In this document: positions 49,673 to 61,739 of the stretch, one piece after another
Layout: every line of letters starts with the position of its first letter
Numbering within the stretch: position 1 is the stretch's first letter
NCBI GenBank assembly: GCA_003971905.1
Contig: RSEE01000154.1
Location: 1 to 64,000, forward strand
From: Moniliella sp. 'wahieum'
Lineage: Eukaryota
Direction of reading: 5' to 3'
DNA: 64,000 nt
Position numbers and translations under genes: made by a program
The notes under the pieces: generated by a model
What the model was told of the DNA's origin: nothing
Databases searched by the model: none
Seen by the model: only the letters and a program-made list of their open reading frames with translations

Positions 49673-52215
49673 TCACCATTGCCGCCGCCGCTGCGCCGCT
49701 CCCACGCCACCGCGCCCTCCGTCGCGGCCACGCGCGATGCCCCGCCCGGCGTCCCGCCGCCCCCGCGACTGTCCAGCGCAGCAGCGCCGCGCACAGCGTC
49801 TCCGCCGGCTCCTCCTCGTCCAGGCGCGCCATCTCAATCTCCGAGATGAGCTTGATGCCAATCTGCAGCCGCTGCCTCGAGCCCGCCCGCCGCAGCTCCA
49901 TCGCATGCGCATGCTCCGCCGCCGTCCCAAACAGCGCCGCGCCTGCACCACATACTCCACCTCCGCCAGCGACGAGATCGCCGGCACGTACACGTCCGCC
50001 GAGAACGCGTCCACCAGCTCCATCTCCTCCAGCATCGCCCGGTTGCTCGAGGTGGCGAGCACCAGCAGCTGCCGCTCCTTGGGCGGCCGCCGCGTCAGGT
50101 ACACGGCCAGCGTTTGGAACACCGAGTTCTGGAAGCGCGGGCCCAGCGCCACCCAGTCAATCAGCCGCTCAAACCCGTCCACCACAATCACCGCCAGCGG
50201 CGACTTGTACGCGTCGTTGAACACCTTGGCAATGTACTGCACCTTGGCCGCCTCGGGCTTGCCCACCAGGTGCTCGGGCGAGATGATCTGGATAAAGGGA
50301 AAGTCGGACTGCCAGTGCAATCGCTGCTGCCAGCGCCGTCTTGCCCGACCCAATCGGCCCATGCAGCAGCACGGTCACAGTGGCGTGCGCGAACTCTGGC
50401 GTACCTGCGCCACGCGCAACGCACCTTGCCGCAGCAGGCGTCCACGTGCGGCGCAAACTTCATGATCCCATTCGACATGAGCGCTTGCAAGTCATCCTCG
50501 CTCACCCCAAACGCGGGTGCCCTCCTGCAGCGCATGCACAAAGTCGTCCCGGTTCACTCGCATGCTCTCCACATCGTCCGAGATGCCTGCTGTGGTGCCC
50601 ACCTTGACGTGGCGATTGAACGCAAACGACGTGGCACTCTTCACCAGCCCGGCAATCTCAGCCCCGGAAAAGTTTTTGGTCAGAGCAGCCAACTCGCCAC
50701 GTCCACATCGGAATCCATCATGTCGTTTTGGCGCATATGCGCCGTATGGATCTTGACAATCTGCTCCCTGCCCTCCTCATCCGGCAGGCTGATTTCCACC
50801 GGGACCTCCAATCGACCGGGCGGAGGAGGGCCTCATCAATCATATCCAACCGATTGGTCATGCCAATGATCAGGATATTGTTCAGTTGGTTCACTCCGTC
50901 CATTTTGGACAACAGCTGGTTGACCACCGAGTCGCCCACCCCGGTTGACGCCGAAGAGGTACCGCGTTGTTTGCACACCGCGTCCAGCTCATCAAAAATG
51001 ATGATGTGCACACCGGATTCGTCGCCTTTTTCCTTGTACTCCTTTTCGGCTTCGGAAAAGAGCTTGCGGATGTTTTCCTCGCTGGCGCCTACGTAGCGAT
51101 TCAGAATCTCGGGCCCATTGACAATTTGCGGTTCGCGCGCATTGAGCATCTTGCCAATTTGACGTGCTAGCAGTGTCTTGCCCGTGCCTGGCGGCCCATA
51201 CAGGATGATCCCCTTGACATGCTGGATTCCTAGCTTCTCCACCAACGCCGGAGGGAAAATCCGCGAAGCAAACGCCCGACGAAAAATTTGCGAAAACTCC
51301 TCGTCCAACCCACAACCCCCATGTCTTCAAACTTAAAGTCGGCCTGTAAGATGGCATTGGGCGCCGCATGCTTCGCCGTGCTCCCATGCAGCTTGATCAA
51401 GCTCCCGGCCGCCGGGGCATACGTGACTGTCGACTCGGGCACCAGCACGCCACTAGCCTCCTCGTCCGATTCCAGCGCCGAAGAAAGCATCGACGACCCG
51501 GATGGACTTGACGGTGAGACGGAGTTGTTGGCCATGATGTTCTTGTACCATCTCTTGGCCTACAGTAAACACGTACCGGTTGAACCGGCGGTGCAACCGG
51601 GCGGCCAATTGATCCGTACTGTACGCTTCGAGGTTTTCAAACGACTGGACGCAAAAGCTCACTTCCAAATCAACTTGGACCAAATGCGAGCTCTTGCCCT
51701 GCTCGTATTTCTCCACCACTACCATTTGGCCCACGGACAAGTGCGCCAAGAGCGGTTGACCCGCCCACAGCCTATCGTGCCGGGCTGCGTGGCACCCGTG
51801 TGGTCCATCCTATATCCATCCGTCAGCACTGCCGCTGATTTCGGGGGTGGGGCGCAGGGGGGGGAGCACACAAGGGCACATAGGGCCACGTACAAGACAG
51901 TAAATGGGAACCGACCATTGAGTCGGACGTAACGGATGTTGGTATGCCACTCTTTGGGACTGAGCACGACCGCGTTCGTCGATTCGTATTGCGGTGGGCA
52001 CGGGACCACCTTGAGTTCCTCGCCCATGGGGACCGGTCGGTCGGCCGGAGCAGCGGGTGCAAGCACCTTTTGGCCGAAGCGGGGGACCGACGTTGGTTGG
52101 GCAAGAGCGACCGCGTTCGTTGCCGCGGCTGCGGAGACGGACTTCGTCGTCGTGGGCTGAGGTTGGTGGAGCTGAGGTTGTGGCCGAGGGTGTGAAGGTG
52201 GTCCGGGCTGGACAT
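49673..52215 (-). CDS. SEC18: Vesicle-fusing ATPase NSF; intron 51810-51893
   Basis: [63 protein letters not shown], second Walker A GPIGSGKT. The 3' end is approximate. Confidence 0.95.
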
Positions 52216-52879
52216 GGTAGGGGCGGCCCAGGATGGTGGTGGAGATGGAGATGGTGTGGGACAGGTAGGGAAAAGGACTGACACGTTCAAGGTACGGAAT
52301 ATCTGTTCAGTCTCTCCGATCTGGGAAAACTGACTGCCCACTGTACTGACCGCCCAACAGAACACATCGTTCCAACACTTTGCGCCAGGGGCTTTTCTAC
52401 GCTAGCGAGCATTAAATCATTGTCCTAGTGCTGTGCAATTTGGTTGGTCCCATTATAATGCGATGGTCGCTAACGGTATTTTACCGAAGAAAACCACTGA
52501 TTGAATCTCGCATCTCGCGTCCCATGACGGCCCGTGCAAGCAACCGGTGGCGTACAAGGGAAGGGGTCGAAAGACAGACGGCTGGAACCAATTCTCAATC
52601 ATTACCTACTAGTAGTTCATCAATTATCTGCCCTCTACTTCCACCATCTGCCAATCCACCTGTTTTTATACGCACTCCCCGCCTGCCTGTCCCAGCCGGG
52701 ATGGATTTACGCCACGACATGTGCGTCTTCTACTCCGAACGTATACGAGACTCTTCTACCACCCACCCTCTGTCCTATATTACCTCTCTCTTATCCCACG
52801 GGAGGATGGGATCAATCAAGTCTCATGGTTTGCTCTTCTTGTCGTCTGGAACATCACAGCCAACAAGTCCCTGGTGCGC

Positions 52880-54487
52880 TTAGTAAAAGTCACCCTGGGC
52901 AATCATCGCGTCGAAGAAGAGGATGGCGCCGTGCAGGTTTGCACCGCGGACGAGCGAGGGGAGTTCTTCTTGCTGCAGCGCGTACTTCTGGGACGTGGTG
53001 TAACACTTGTCAAAGCACTCGCTCATAATCTGCTTGAGCCGTGCATCGACTTCTTCCGAAGTCCATTTTTCTCGCTGCGAGTTCTGGGCCATCTCCAACC
53101 CGGACACAGCTACGCCGCCTGAATTGGCTGCTTTGCCCGGCCGTACCAGATGCCCGATTTGGACCGGTTGGCCTCGTACACCGAGATGGCCTCCATGGTA
53201 GAGCCCATGTTGGAACCTTCGGCAATGTACTTGCACCCTGCGTTGACGAGGTACTGTGCCTCCTCCTCGTTCACCTCGTTCTGCGTCGCACACGGCAAGG
53301 CCACATCCACCTTCTCCACCAACGTCCATGGGCGAACGCCCTCGTGCCACTCAAATTCCGGCAGGTCCTCCGCGATCACCGCGAGACTTTTGCGCTGCGC
53401 CTTGAGCTGTTGAACTTGGACGACCTGAGTAGCTGTGAAGCCCTTGGTAGGGTCTTTGGCAAGGTAGGTTCCCGTTGAGTCCGAGAGGGAGAGAACGATG
53501 GCGCCGACTTCGATGGCCTTGAGCGCCGCGTACTGGGCCACATTGCCACTGCCCGAAATGAGCACCGTTTTGCCCGCCAACGTGTCCTGGCCTTCGGACG
53601 CGGTGGCAATCATCTTTTCAACGTAATAAATCAATCCGTACCCGGTAGCTTCAGGACGAATGAGCGAGCCACCCCAGCTCAGCCCTTTGCCCGTCACGAC
53701 CCCTTCCCATTTATTCGCTAGCTTCTTGTACTGCCCAAATAGGTACCCCACCTCGGTCCCGCCTACATTAATGTCCCCCGCCGGCACGTCCGTGTCGGCT
53801 CCAATGTGCCGCCACAATTGGCTCATGAACGCTTGGCAGAACCGACGGATCTCAGCGGGCGAACGACCTTTCGGATCAAAGTCCGCACCACCCTTGCCGC
53901 CTCCCATGTTGAGCCCCGTAAGTGCGTTCTTGAAAATCTGCACATGCCACGTTCCCACGCAACAGGCACAAAAACACAACAGACACACAGAGGACAGGGT
54001 CAGAAACCAGCTTCGCACGTATAGTAGCACAACCTCGCGTTGGGTCACCTTCACGCCACGCTTCCCCCGAAGACGATGACGGTGGGCCCTCGAACCAACC
54101 CTCTGTTGAGGAACCCAAAACGCAGTATATGCAAACCGCAAAACACACACGCGAGAGAGGGAGGGAGAGAGGGAGTGAGAGAAAAAAACTTACCTGCTCA
54201 AACCCGAGGAACTTGAGCACCGACAAGGTGACGGTCGGATGGAACCGAAGACCTCCTTTGTACGGTCCGAGGGCCGAATTGAATTGGACACGGAAACCAT
54301 TGTTGACTTCCAGTTGGCCCGCATCGTTTTCCCACGCCACGCGGAACTGTACCGTGCGTTCGGGCACAGCCACGACCGACAAGAGTCGTTCCAGCTCCGG
54401 GCGTTGGTCAAACAAGGTCGAATCGCGCAGTGTCGACACGAGCTCAGTGTAGGCTTGCTCAAATTCCGGCTCGTAAGGGGATACCAT
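52880..54487 (-). CDS. GDH1: NADP-specific glutamate dehydrogenase; intron 53938-54193
   Basis: [93 protein letters not shown]. Confidence 0.97.
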
Positions 54488-55090
54488 GGTGAAGGTTAAA
54501 GGTTGATGCTGTTGTGGTTGGCAATCGATATAATGATAGAGGGGAGGATGGGCAACCTGAGTGCAGAAGAGTTGGCAGTGAGAGGTTCGTATGGGGTGTG
54601 GGGGGTGGAGAGGATGGGAGGAACAAGAAGTGAGGGTAGTGGGGCGGACAAGTCTGCTTTTATCTCTGCGAGCAGAGTAAAATGGCTCACAAAAAAGCCA
54701 TGCTGCATTCAGGCCATCAGGCCAGGAGGTTGAATGGTATGATGATCATGTTGAATAACATGCATGACAGAGGGAGAAAGTGGAGTAGAAGCTTCAGTGC
54801 ATCTGCGCCCGGCTGCGGCTGCAGTGCCTACTGTGGCCTGCTGATGATCTCGATGATGTTGCGAGCGAGGGCGCAGCCATATAATAGAGGGTACCCTGTG
54901 GATACTATAGTAGTGCCAAATAGAGCAACTGTCATGACAGGGGGGAGCCAATCCACATCTCCGTCTAACTTTTCCCATGGAATCTCAGCCCGCGGGTTTC
55001 ACTCCTATGGACCCGTATAGCGGGGAGAGAGAGGAATTATACGAAGACGTGTATGGCGCCACGCTGTTATGTGGAAAGAGGGTTTGGTAC

Positions 55091-55153
55091 AAAGGGACAA
55101 AGGGACAAAGGGACAAAAGGACAAAGGGACAAAGGGATAGAGGGACATAGGGA
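55091..55153. repeat. 8-bp AAAGGGAC tandem repeat
   Basis: About 7 near-identical copies. Confidence 0.85.
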
Positions 55154-56286
55154 CAGAGAGACAGATAGAACGATAGAGGAGGCGGAAGTGGAGACGCCTG
55201 CACTGGTCCACGGTGATTACACTTACCACTAGTATAATGGTCAAACGGGGGGTATATACTAGGAACCAATGCAGATCGATACAATGACCATCATGATGAT
55301 GGCTCAGGCGCTCAGGCCTCAGGATGATGCATGATCTCATCTGAGAGATCCGACGCCAACTGGGGCGGATGTGAGATGCGCCGACCGGGACAGGGACCCG
55401 GGACTAGGAACCAAGCCCGCTCAACCACTCAGTTCTCAGTACTCAAAAAGCACAGGAGAAGCACGGCGGTAGGGTCAGATCTCAGACGGAGGCATGGGAA
55501 CAAGGCGGTGGGGTTGTGGACTCAAGTGGGCGTTGCACGACCGCGCTCGCCAACGCCCCCGCCAGGGGCGGAAGGTCACTGTGATGGTACTGATGTACTG
55601 ATATATGATACGGAGAGCGTGCCTCGAGTCCACCGCCACTGGCAACCTGAATACGCCAAGTACAGAACGGAGAGTTTTGGATCGAGAGCATGACCCCGCG
55701 TGAGGGCTAATGGACGCCAAAAATGCGCCATAACACGATGGGGGCGCAAGAAAAGAGACGTTTTTTTCGTTAACCAACTAGCTTTCCAGCTTCCCGCTTC
55801 AAGCCCTTCCCACCGACGCACTTACGCCTGCTTATAAGCTTCTTATAGAAGAACAAACTGGCTTATCAAGGTTCAACCACTATCGTCTGTCGCACGCGGA
55901 GAAACATAGATGGGCGCGGCGTCGACTATCGACGATCGACTATCGATTTTATCGATTATCGATGATCGATTGCCCAGCGCCCCTATTATGACTTCCTGCC
56001 CATAGGGACCATACTTAGCTTGAAGCCTGATGTGCCGGAGCTGCTGCCCCCTGTGTTAATGCAAGCGATTGGTGATGATCGATGAGGGTGGTGGTGCAAT
56101 TTAATACAGCGCCCCGCAGGGGCGCAAGGTCGGCTGGACAAGTGTGTGGCCCTGAGGCCTGACGCTCAAGCCTGAGGGGCCTGACGCCTGACGCTTTCGC
56201 CTCGGGCTGAGCCTCAGGCCTGAGCCTCCTGAGGCTCGATGAGCTTGTGGCTTGAAGGAATGGACTGATGGCGGGGATGTATGGGC

Positions 56287-56862
56287 GGGATGCGGGGGAT
56301 GCGGGGGATGCGGGGGATGCGGGGGATGCGGGGAAGGCAGTGGGGAATACACAGGCCTATGATCCATCCCAGTGGGCAGATGCACATGCGATGTTATACT
56401 ATGGGTCCCATGTTGATGCACGGGAAAACGCAGACGAGCCAGGAAAAGAGGAAGAAGGTTCCGACGACCTGGGTAATACGCGCTCCGCACCTCTCGTCGC
56501 CTCTCCCCACCGATGGATGAGGCAATTAAACCGAGCGCCATCCTAGATCTACGGCAAGGCGAGTTGGTACGCAAGTAGTTACCAGTCACTAGTTACTGGT
56601 TACTGGTTACAGTCCAGCATTAGAGTAAAATATGGAATGGAATGAGACCTAGAGAGGCTGAGGTTGAAGCTGTATGGGTGGCTAGACGGCCCACTTGCTT
56701 GCGCGTGTACCTGTTGCGCGCGGTGCCGATGAGGAGGAGGACGAAGATGAGGACGCGGGTGGGGGATGCTTGCCCCCGCGTTTGCTGGGGCGAGAAGCGG
56801 GACGAGAAGCGGACGAGAAGCGGGACGAGAAAGCGGGACGAGAAGCGGGACGAGAAGCGGGA
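56287..56862. repeat. 9-bp GGATGCGGG (x5, 56287-56333) and 12-bp GAGAAGCGGGAC (~x6, 56792-56863) minisatellites
   Basis: Read directly from the sequence. Confidence 0.8.
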
Positions 56863-57100
56863 CCGGGGGCGGCCGGGGCGTGTTTAGACGCAGATGGTAG
56901 CGAGTGCGAAGGGGGATTCGACGCTAAAGGCAACACAGGCGAAATACCAGCTCAAACGAAGCTACCAACGGCGACAAGTCCATTGGCATAGCGCGAGGAA
57001 TGTCCTGTTTAGTCGCATGGGGTTGAAACGCGATACGCGTCTGTGCATCGTACTGTACCACCAAATATTCCCATTCCCCGTCGGTCGAGGAACACTTTTG

Positions 57101-58884
57101 CTAAACTCTCCAGAAACGCCGTGAAGAGTAACATTGCTTGTGCCCGATCGTCCGCTTGGCCGGGCCAGGGAACAAAGGTGCAGCCCCGATCGTCTTGAGT
57201 ACCGTCCGGAGCTTTTTACGTTGCGTTTTGCTCATTAGTGCTCGTCCAATTCGCTCGTCTAGCCGTTGCCGTCCCCGCGGCCCAAAATACGTCGCGTCCA
57301 ACTTGATCTCCCCGGTTGCGGCACGAGGCACGGTGGTGAGTCTGCGATAGGGAGTAATATGGGGCTCCACCTTCTCTTTCTCTTTCTCTTTCTCCTTCTC
57401 CTTCTCCTTCTCCATCGTCTCGTCGTCGTCGTCGTCGTCGTCGGACGAATCGAGAAAAATAACGTCCCGTTCCGCTCGTTTGGACGGGCGAGAATCGACA
57501 TCGTCAGTCGCGAACGTTTGTTGGATATGGTAGGATTCGAATGCGGTGCAGGGGTGTGGGGGGGCGGGGGCGGAGGCGGAGGGGGGAAAGTCGAGGTGGC
57601 ACGTCCGGCAATGGGCGGTGCACCAGGTCTATGTTCATCGCGAGATCGTTTGGGGAGGGGAGCGATTGCGCGTTGTGGCCGTTCCAAATGCGGTAGGGAA
57701 GGAGCAAATGTCGATGTAGAAGGGACGGGAGGGGTGAGGCGCAGGAGACGTGCGGAGGGGAGCATACTCGCGTTGAACGCGCCCGACAAGGCGGAGGGAC
57801 AAGAGCGGATCCAAGTCTGCCATCTCGGAATCCTCATCGTCCAGAATCTCAATGACAGCATGGCATCTTGGTTGCTATCGGTGCAGAGGCGCCATCCTTG
57901 GCCCTTGGTAGGTGGTGGCGTCGATCCAGTCGCCGAACCAGGAGGAGCTACTGAAGACACGCCAAATCGGAGCGACCATTGGTCCACGAGTGTTGTGCAA
58001 GCTACGCACGCCATCTTGGTCCGCGCAACTGGTCTTGGATGTAAAACGTAGTTACCCCCTCGGCCTCGGCAGAGACACTGCATTGACATCGTGTGTAAAC
58101 AGCGCCACGGGATATCTCTTGAATCGAGGCGGCGAGACGAACAATTTGATCATCGTGCTCTGGTGGATTCGCGGGGGGTCAGTTCTCGGTACTCAGTACC
58201 CAACGCTCCCCACACAACACAAAAGAAACGACAGCAAGCTGGGGGGTGAGGGGGGGGGGGACATACAAGGGATCGTTCGCGCTCGAGGGCATGCGCAATG
58301 GTTTGGACATGCAAGGACCAGCAGGCCTTGTCGACCTGCTGGCCGTTGGGCGGATGGCCCTGGTTCTGCCAGCGCAAGCGGCAGGCGGAGAGGACGAATC
58401 GACTACCAGCCTGGGCTCAAGTGCACGCCGGACCGCGCCGCCCGCGCGTCGTTGAGGACTTGAGGTGGTCCAGCTCCTTGATGAGACACGAGGCACGAGG
58501 AGCGCAACAAGCGCAGCCGCCTGCGGCCAGCGACGACAGCGCGCGGTTGTGGGTGAGGAGCACGTCGGCGCGGAGCACATGGAGCAGCTTGAGGCAGGGG
58601 GGCTCCATGAGCACGTGGTGTCCAGGAGAAAGTAGGTGTGCAGGCGGCCGTCGCCGGCGGCAGGGAGCGTGGGCACGACGCCACGCGCCGAGGCTGCGGC
58701 GCCGGCAGCGAGGGGCAGGCCGCGGGCCCGGGACGGGGGGGGCGTCGGGGGCAGCGTCGGGGGCGGTGTCCATGAGGTGGTCGTGCTCCCACCCGGTGGC
58801 GGTGGCGGTCCAGCGCACAGGCCCCGCCGCGGCGGATGGCCAGCGGCGTGGGCGTGCGTTGGCCCAGTCGGCGTATGTGGCCAT
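57101..58884 (-). CDS. Swt1-like PIN-domain protein; intron 58160-58266; frameshifted
   Basis: Joining frames gives the four PIN acidic motifs in order: YFLLDT, LLVPRV..KELDHLK, HDDQIV and PVALFTHDVNA..AEAEGV. An acidic/basic tail follows; the 3' end is uncertain. Confidence 0.7.
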
Positions 58885-59127
58885 GGATGGCTGTGGCCGT
58901 CGGGGGGTAACGGAGTGCGTTTGTTTGCCTGCCAGAATTGTACTCCAGTTGCCGATTTAGCCGCCGCCTGAAACGTGCACATACACGCACTGGACAGCGG
59001 AGGCCGCAACCCTAGCCCCGCCCGCGTGCGTTCCGCCGGCGCAGTTCCGCCTGTCATTTAACCACGCGGCGCGCAGCCCTGCGCTCCCTCGCTGCTCCTC
59101 CCCTCCGCCTCCTCCGCGCCGCCCAGG

Positions 59128-60359
59128 ATGTGAGCACGCGAGCCGCCACCGCCGCCGCGCGAGCCATCCCACCACCACCTCCATCCCCACCCCCCCCACC
59201 ACCACCGCGCCCACGCCGCCTGCCCGCCCCGCACGCGCAAGGCCGCCCCCCCCGACTCTGCCCGCTCCAATGCCCGCGCCAGAAGGCCAAGACCGCCCCT
59301 GCGCCGGCCCCACCCCCGCTCCTGCTCCCGGAGCTTCTGCCCGAGGCCACCATCGCCCAGAACACGACCGTGCCTGCGCCCTGCCTGCCCTTGACCTCAA
59401 GCACGCCCTTGCCCATCTCACCCAGACCGACGCCGCTTTGCCAAGCTCTCGCCGCGGCACCACCCTCAAGCCCTTTACCGACATGGACCAGGGCAAGGTG
59501 TCCGAGATCAATGTGTACAAGTACCTGGGCCATTCCATCTTGGGCCAGCAGATCAGTTGGAAAGCAGCACGAAGTGTCATCTACAGTTTTGCCGTCGTCT
59601 TCATCCCTCCCTCCCGGCCGATCCCGACTTTGATACGGGTCCAAACGGGAAGACTGGCCGTGGCCGACGCCGCACCAGGTCTTACGCGCCAAGGAGGAGG
59701 AGTTGCGCGCGGCCGGCCTGAGCGGACAAAAAGTCAAGTACATCCGTGACGTTTCGATTCATTTTGCGGATGGCCGCTTGGTGGCGGCTGAACTGCTGCG
59801 CTTACCGCAAGAAGAGGCGGTCAAGGCACTGGTTCAAATCAAAGGCGTAGGCATCTGGACCGCAGAAATGCTTTTGATGTTTGCGCTGCGTCTGCCTAAC
59901 TTGCCCCGTTGGCGACTTGGGCATCCAGCGCGGCATGCTCCACTTCTTCACCGCCACGTCCCTGGACGAGATGGTGGTGCACCCAGGCAAGCTCCGTGCA
60001 GCTACTTCTTCGCCCCAGAAAAAGAAGACAACCAAGACGAAGCAGACGGCCGAGCTGGCGTCTCAACCCCAACAAGAACTTGGATCCCAAGAACTCAGCG
60101 TCGAGGCTACGCTGGATGCGAGTGAGAAGTTAGGGGACCTCCACCTACATGCCCATCAACCCACCTCTCTCGCCAGGTAGTGCTGCCCGCCCTTTACCCC
60201 CTGCCCGAGGGGATGACACTGACGATGCTCAAGAGCCGCGCAAACGGCAACAAAGTCAAGGGACAGTACCTCACACCCGAGGAGATGCGCAAACTAGCTC
60301 AGCCTTGGGAACCCTACCGTAGCGTGGGCGCGTACTTGATGTACGCACTCAAAGATTGA
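59128..60359 (+). CDS. MAG1: DNA-3-methyladenine glycosylase (HhH-GPD, Mag1/AlkA-like)
   Basis: SILGQQISWKAARS, LRAAGLSGQKVKYI, HhH motif IKGVGIWTAEMLLMF, PVGDLGIQRG, and WEPYRSVGAYLMY. Confidence 0.88.
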
Positions 60360-61739
60360 CCCCCCCCCCCTCCCGCAGCGATAGCCTCCTTTTTTCTCTG
60401 TTTGTTTTGGCACAAAAAGACCGATTTGGCAATGGATACGGATAATCTACCATCGCTCGTTGTATATAATGATGCGCGCTTGGGCTGGCGAACAAAAATC
60501 AAATCGTTCCCATCCGATCCGAAGGGGAGCAGGTGCGTACGCAACGTGTTTCTACTGAGCTGCTGACTGTTTTCTTGGACGGGTGTCCCCAGGGGGTCGT
60601 CCTGGGGCGGCTTTGTCGTTGATGTATCCGATGCGGACAGTAGTTAAGCCTCTCGCCGGGGTAAAACAGAGGCGCCTGTGGCAGATTGAAGGTGTGATGG
60701 TAAGCCGGCTTCAAGGCTTCAATCGTATGCACTAACCGATCTGGGCAGCAGTAACACAGTGTCTGAAGTCTTCGGGGTTCAGGGACGGAGAGTGGTACGA
60801 TATTCGAGTTACTAAGGACAACCACTGCCCGAGCTGGGACTTGGCTCTTGACTGCAGTGGGACTTGAGGCGACGGTGGCTTGAGAAGGCTCCACACGCAG
60901 CTTGGCTGTCTGAAGAGCTGAGAGACGACCGTGGACAGTGGAGAGCGATGACGCAGCTACTACTATACAGAGGAACCGAGGGTGCCTGTACGGGATGAAT
61001 TGGCGAGGACAGGTGATGACATAAAGGGCCGTAGGGAAAGCCCACGACCCTGGCATGGCTCACAGACAGGGATACAAAGGGAAATACATACAAGAGAGGA
61101 AGGATTCGGAGGGCAGGAGAGATCAAGGGGGGGCGGTTGCCGCTAGGACAACCTACTTGGACAGAGAAACTTAGGTAAACGGGCACGGGGCGACTATAGT
61201 ATCGTTGCCGGCAAAAATGGTACTGACATTTCGGTGGCACGATTGTTGTGGCCACCAAAACATTAGCTTTTTGGTATGGGGCAACTCCGAGTCGTTTCGC
61301 ACGAATGCAACGGCATCACTCGGGCCACTGTACATGTACATGATTTCACCACAACGATGGTCGAACTTGGTTTTGGACGCTGGTCATTGGGACGCCTGGG
61401 ATGGGGCAAATTGGTGAGGGAGGCGAAGGGCGCGCGTTGGCTCAGCTAGGCTCGTCAGCCCGTCTTGGCTCGTGACACTGTACAAATCGTCAAAGCAAAC
61501 GAAATGGGGAGCTCTGGCATAGTGAGAAAAAGGTGCGATCTGAAAGGATCATATGGCGTATAAGAGAGGTACACGGGTGACTACCGCTGGTGAGGAGAGT
61601 AAGACCGGAAGCCTCACCGCTTCCCTTTCTAAGCCCCCTCCAATCACGAGGAGAGGGTGGCACGGCCTTTGGTGATCAAGGAGCACGGGTGCGTACCGCG
61701 CATCAACTTCTCGTATTTTCATGTGCGAAGACTGCCCGC

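Noticed and set aside
48444..49901. Apparent SEC18-BUB3 fusion ORF (485 aa)
   Set aside because: It switches in and out of the true frames. BUB3 has its own ATG at 49500 and an alternative stop lies at 49673, so this is likely an indel artefact.
56268..56991. Small ORFs with DAG and EAGR repeats as pheromone or repeat-peptide precursors
   Set aside because: No signal peptide, no CAAX box and no regular Kex2 sites. The repeats are explained by minisatellites.
60499..61340. Minus-strand ORFs between MAG1 and the OPT gene
   Set aside because: No recognisable motif or consistent frame, so a gene cannot be supported from sequence alone.
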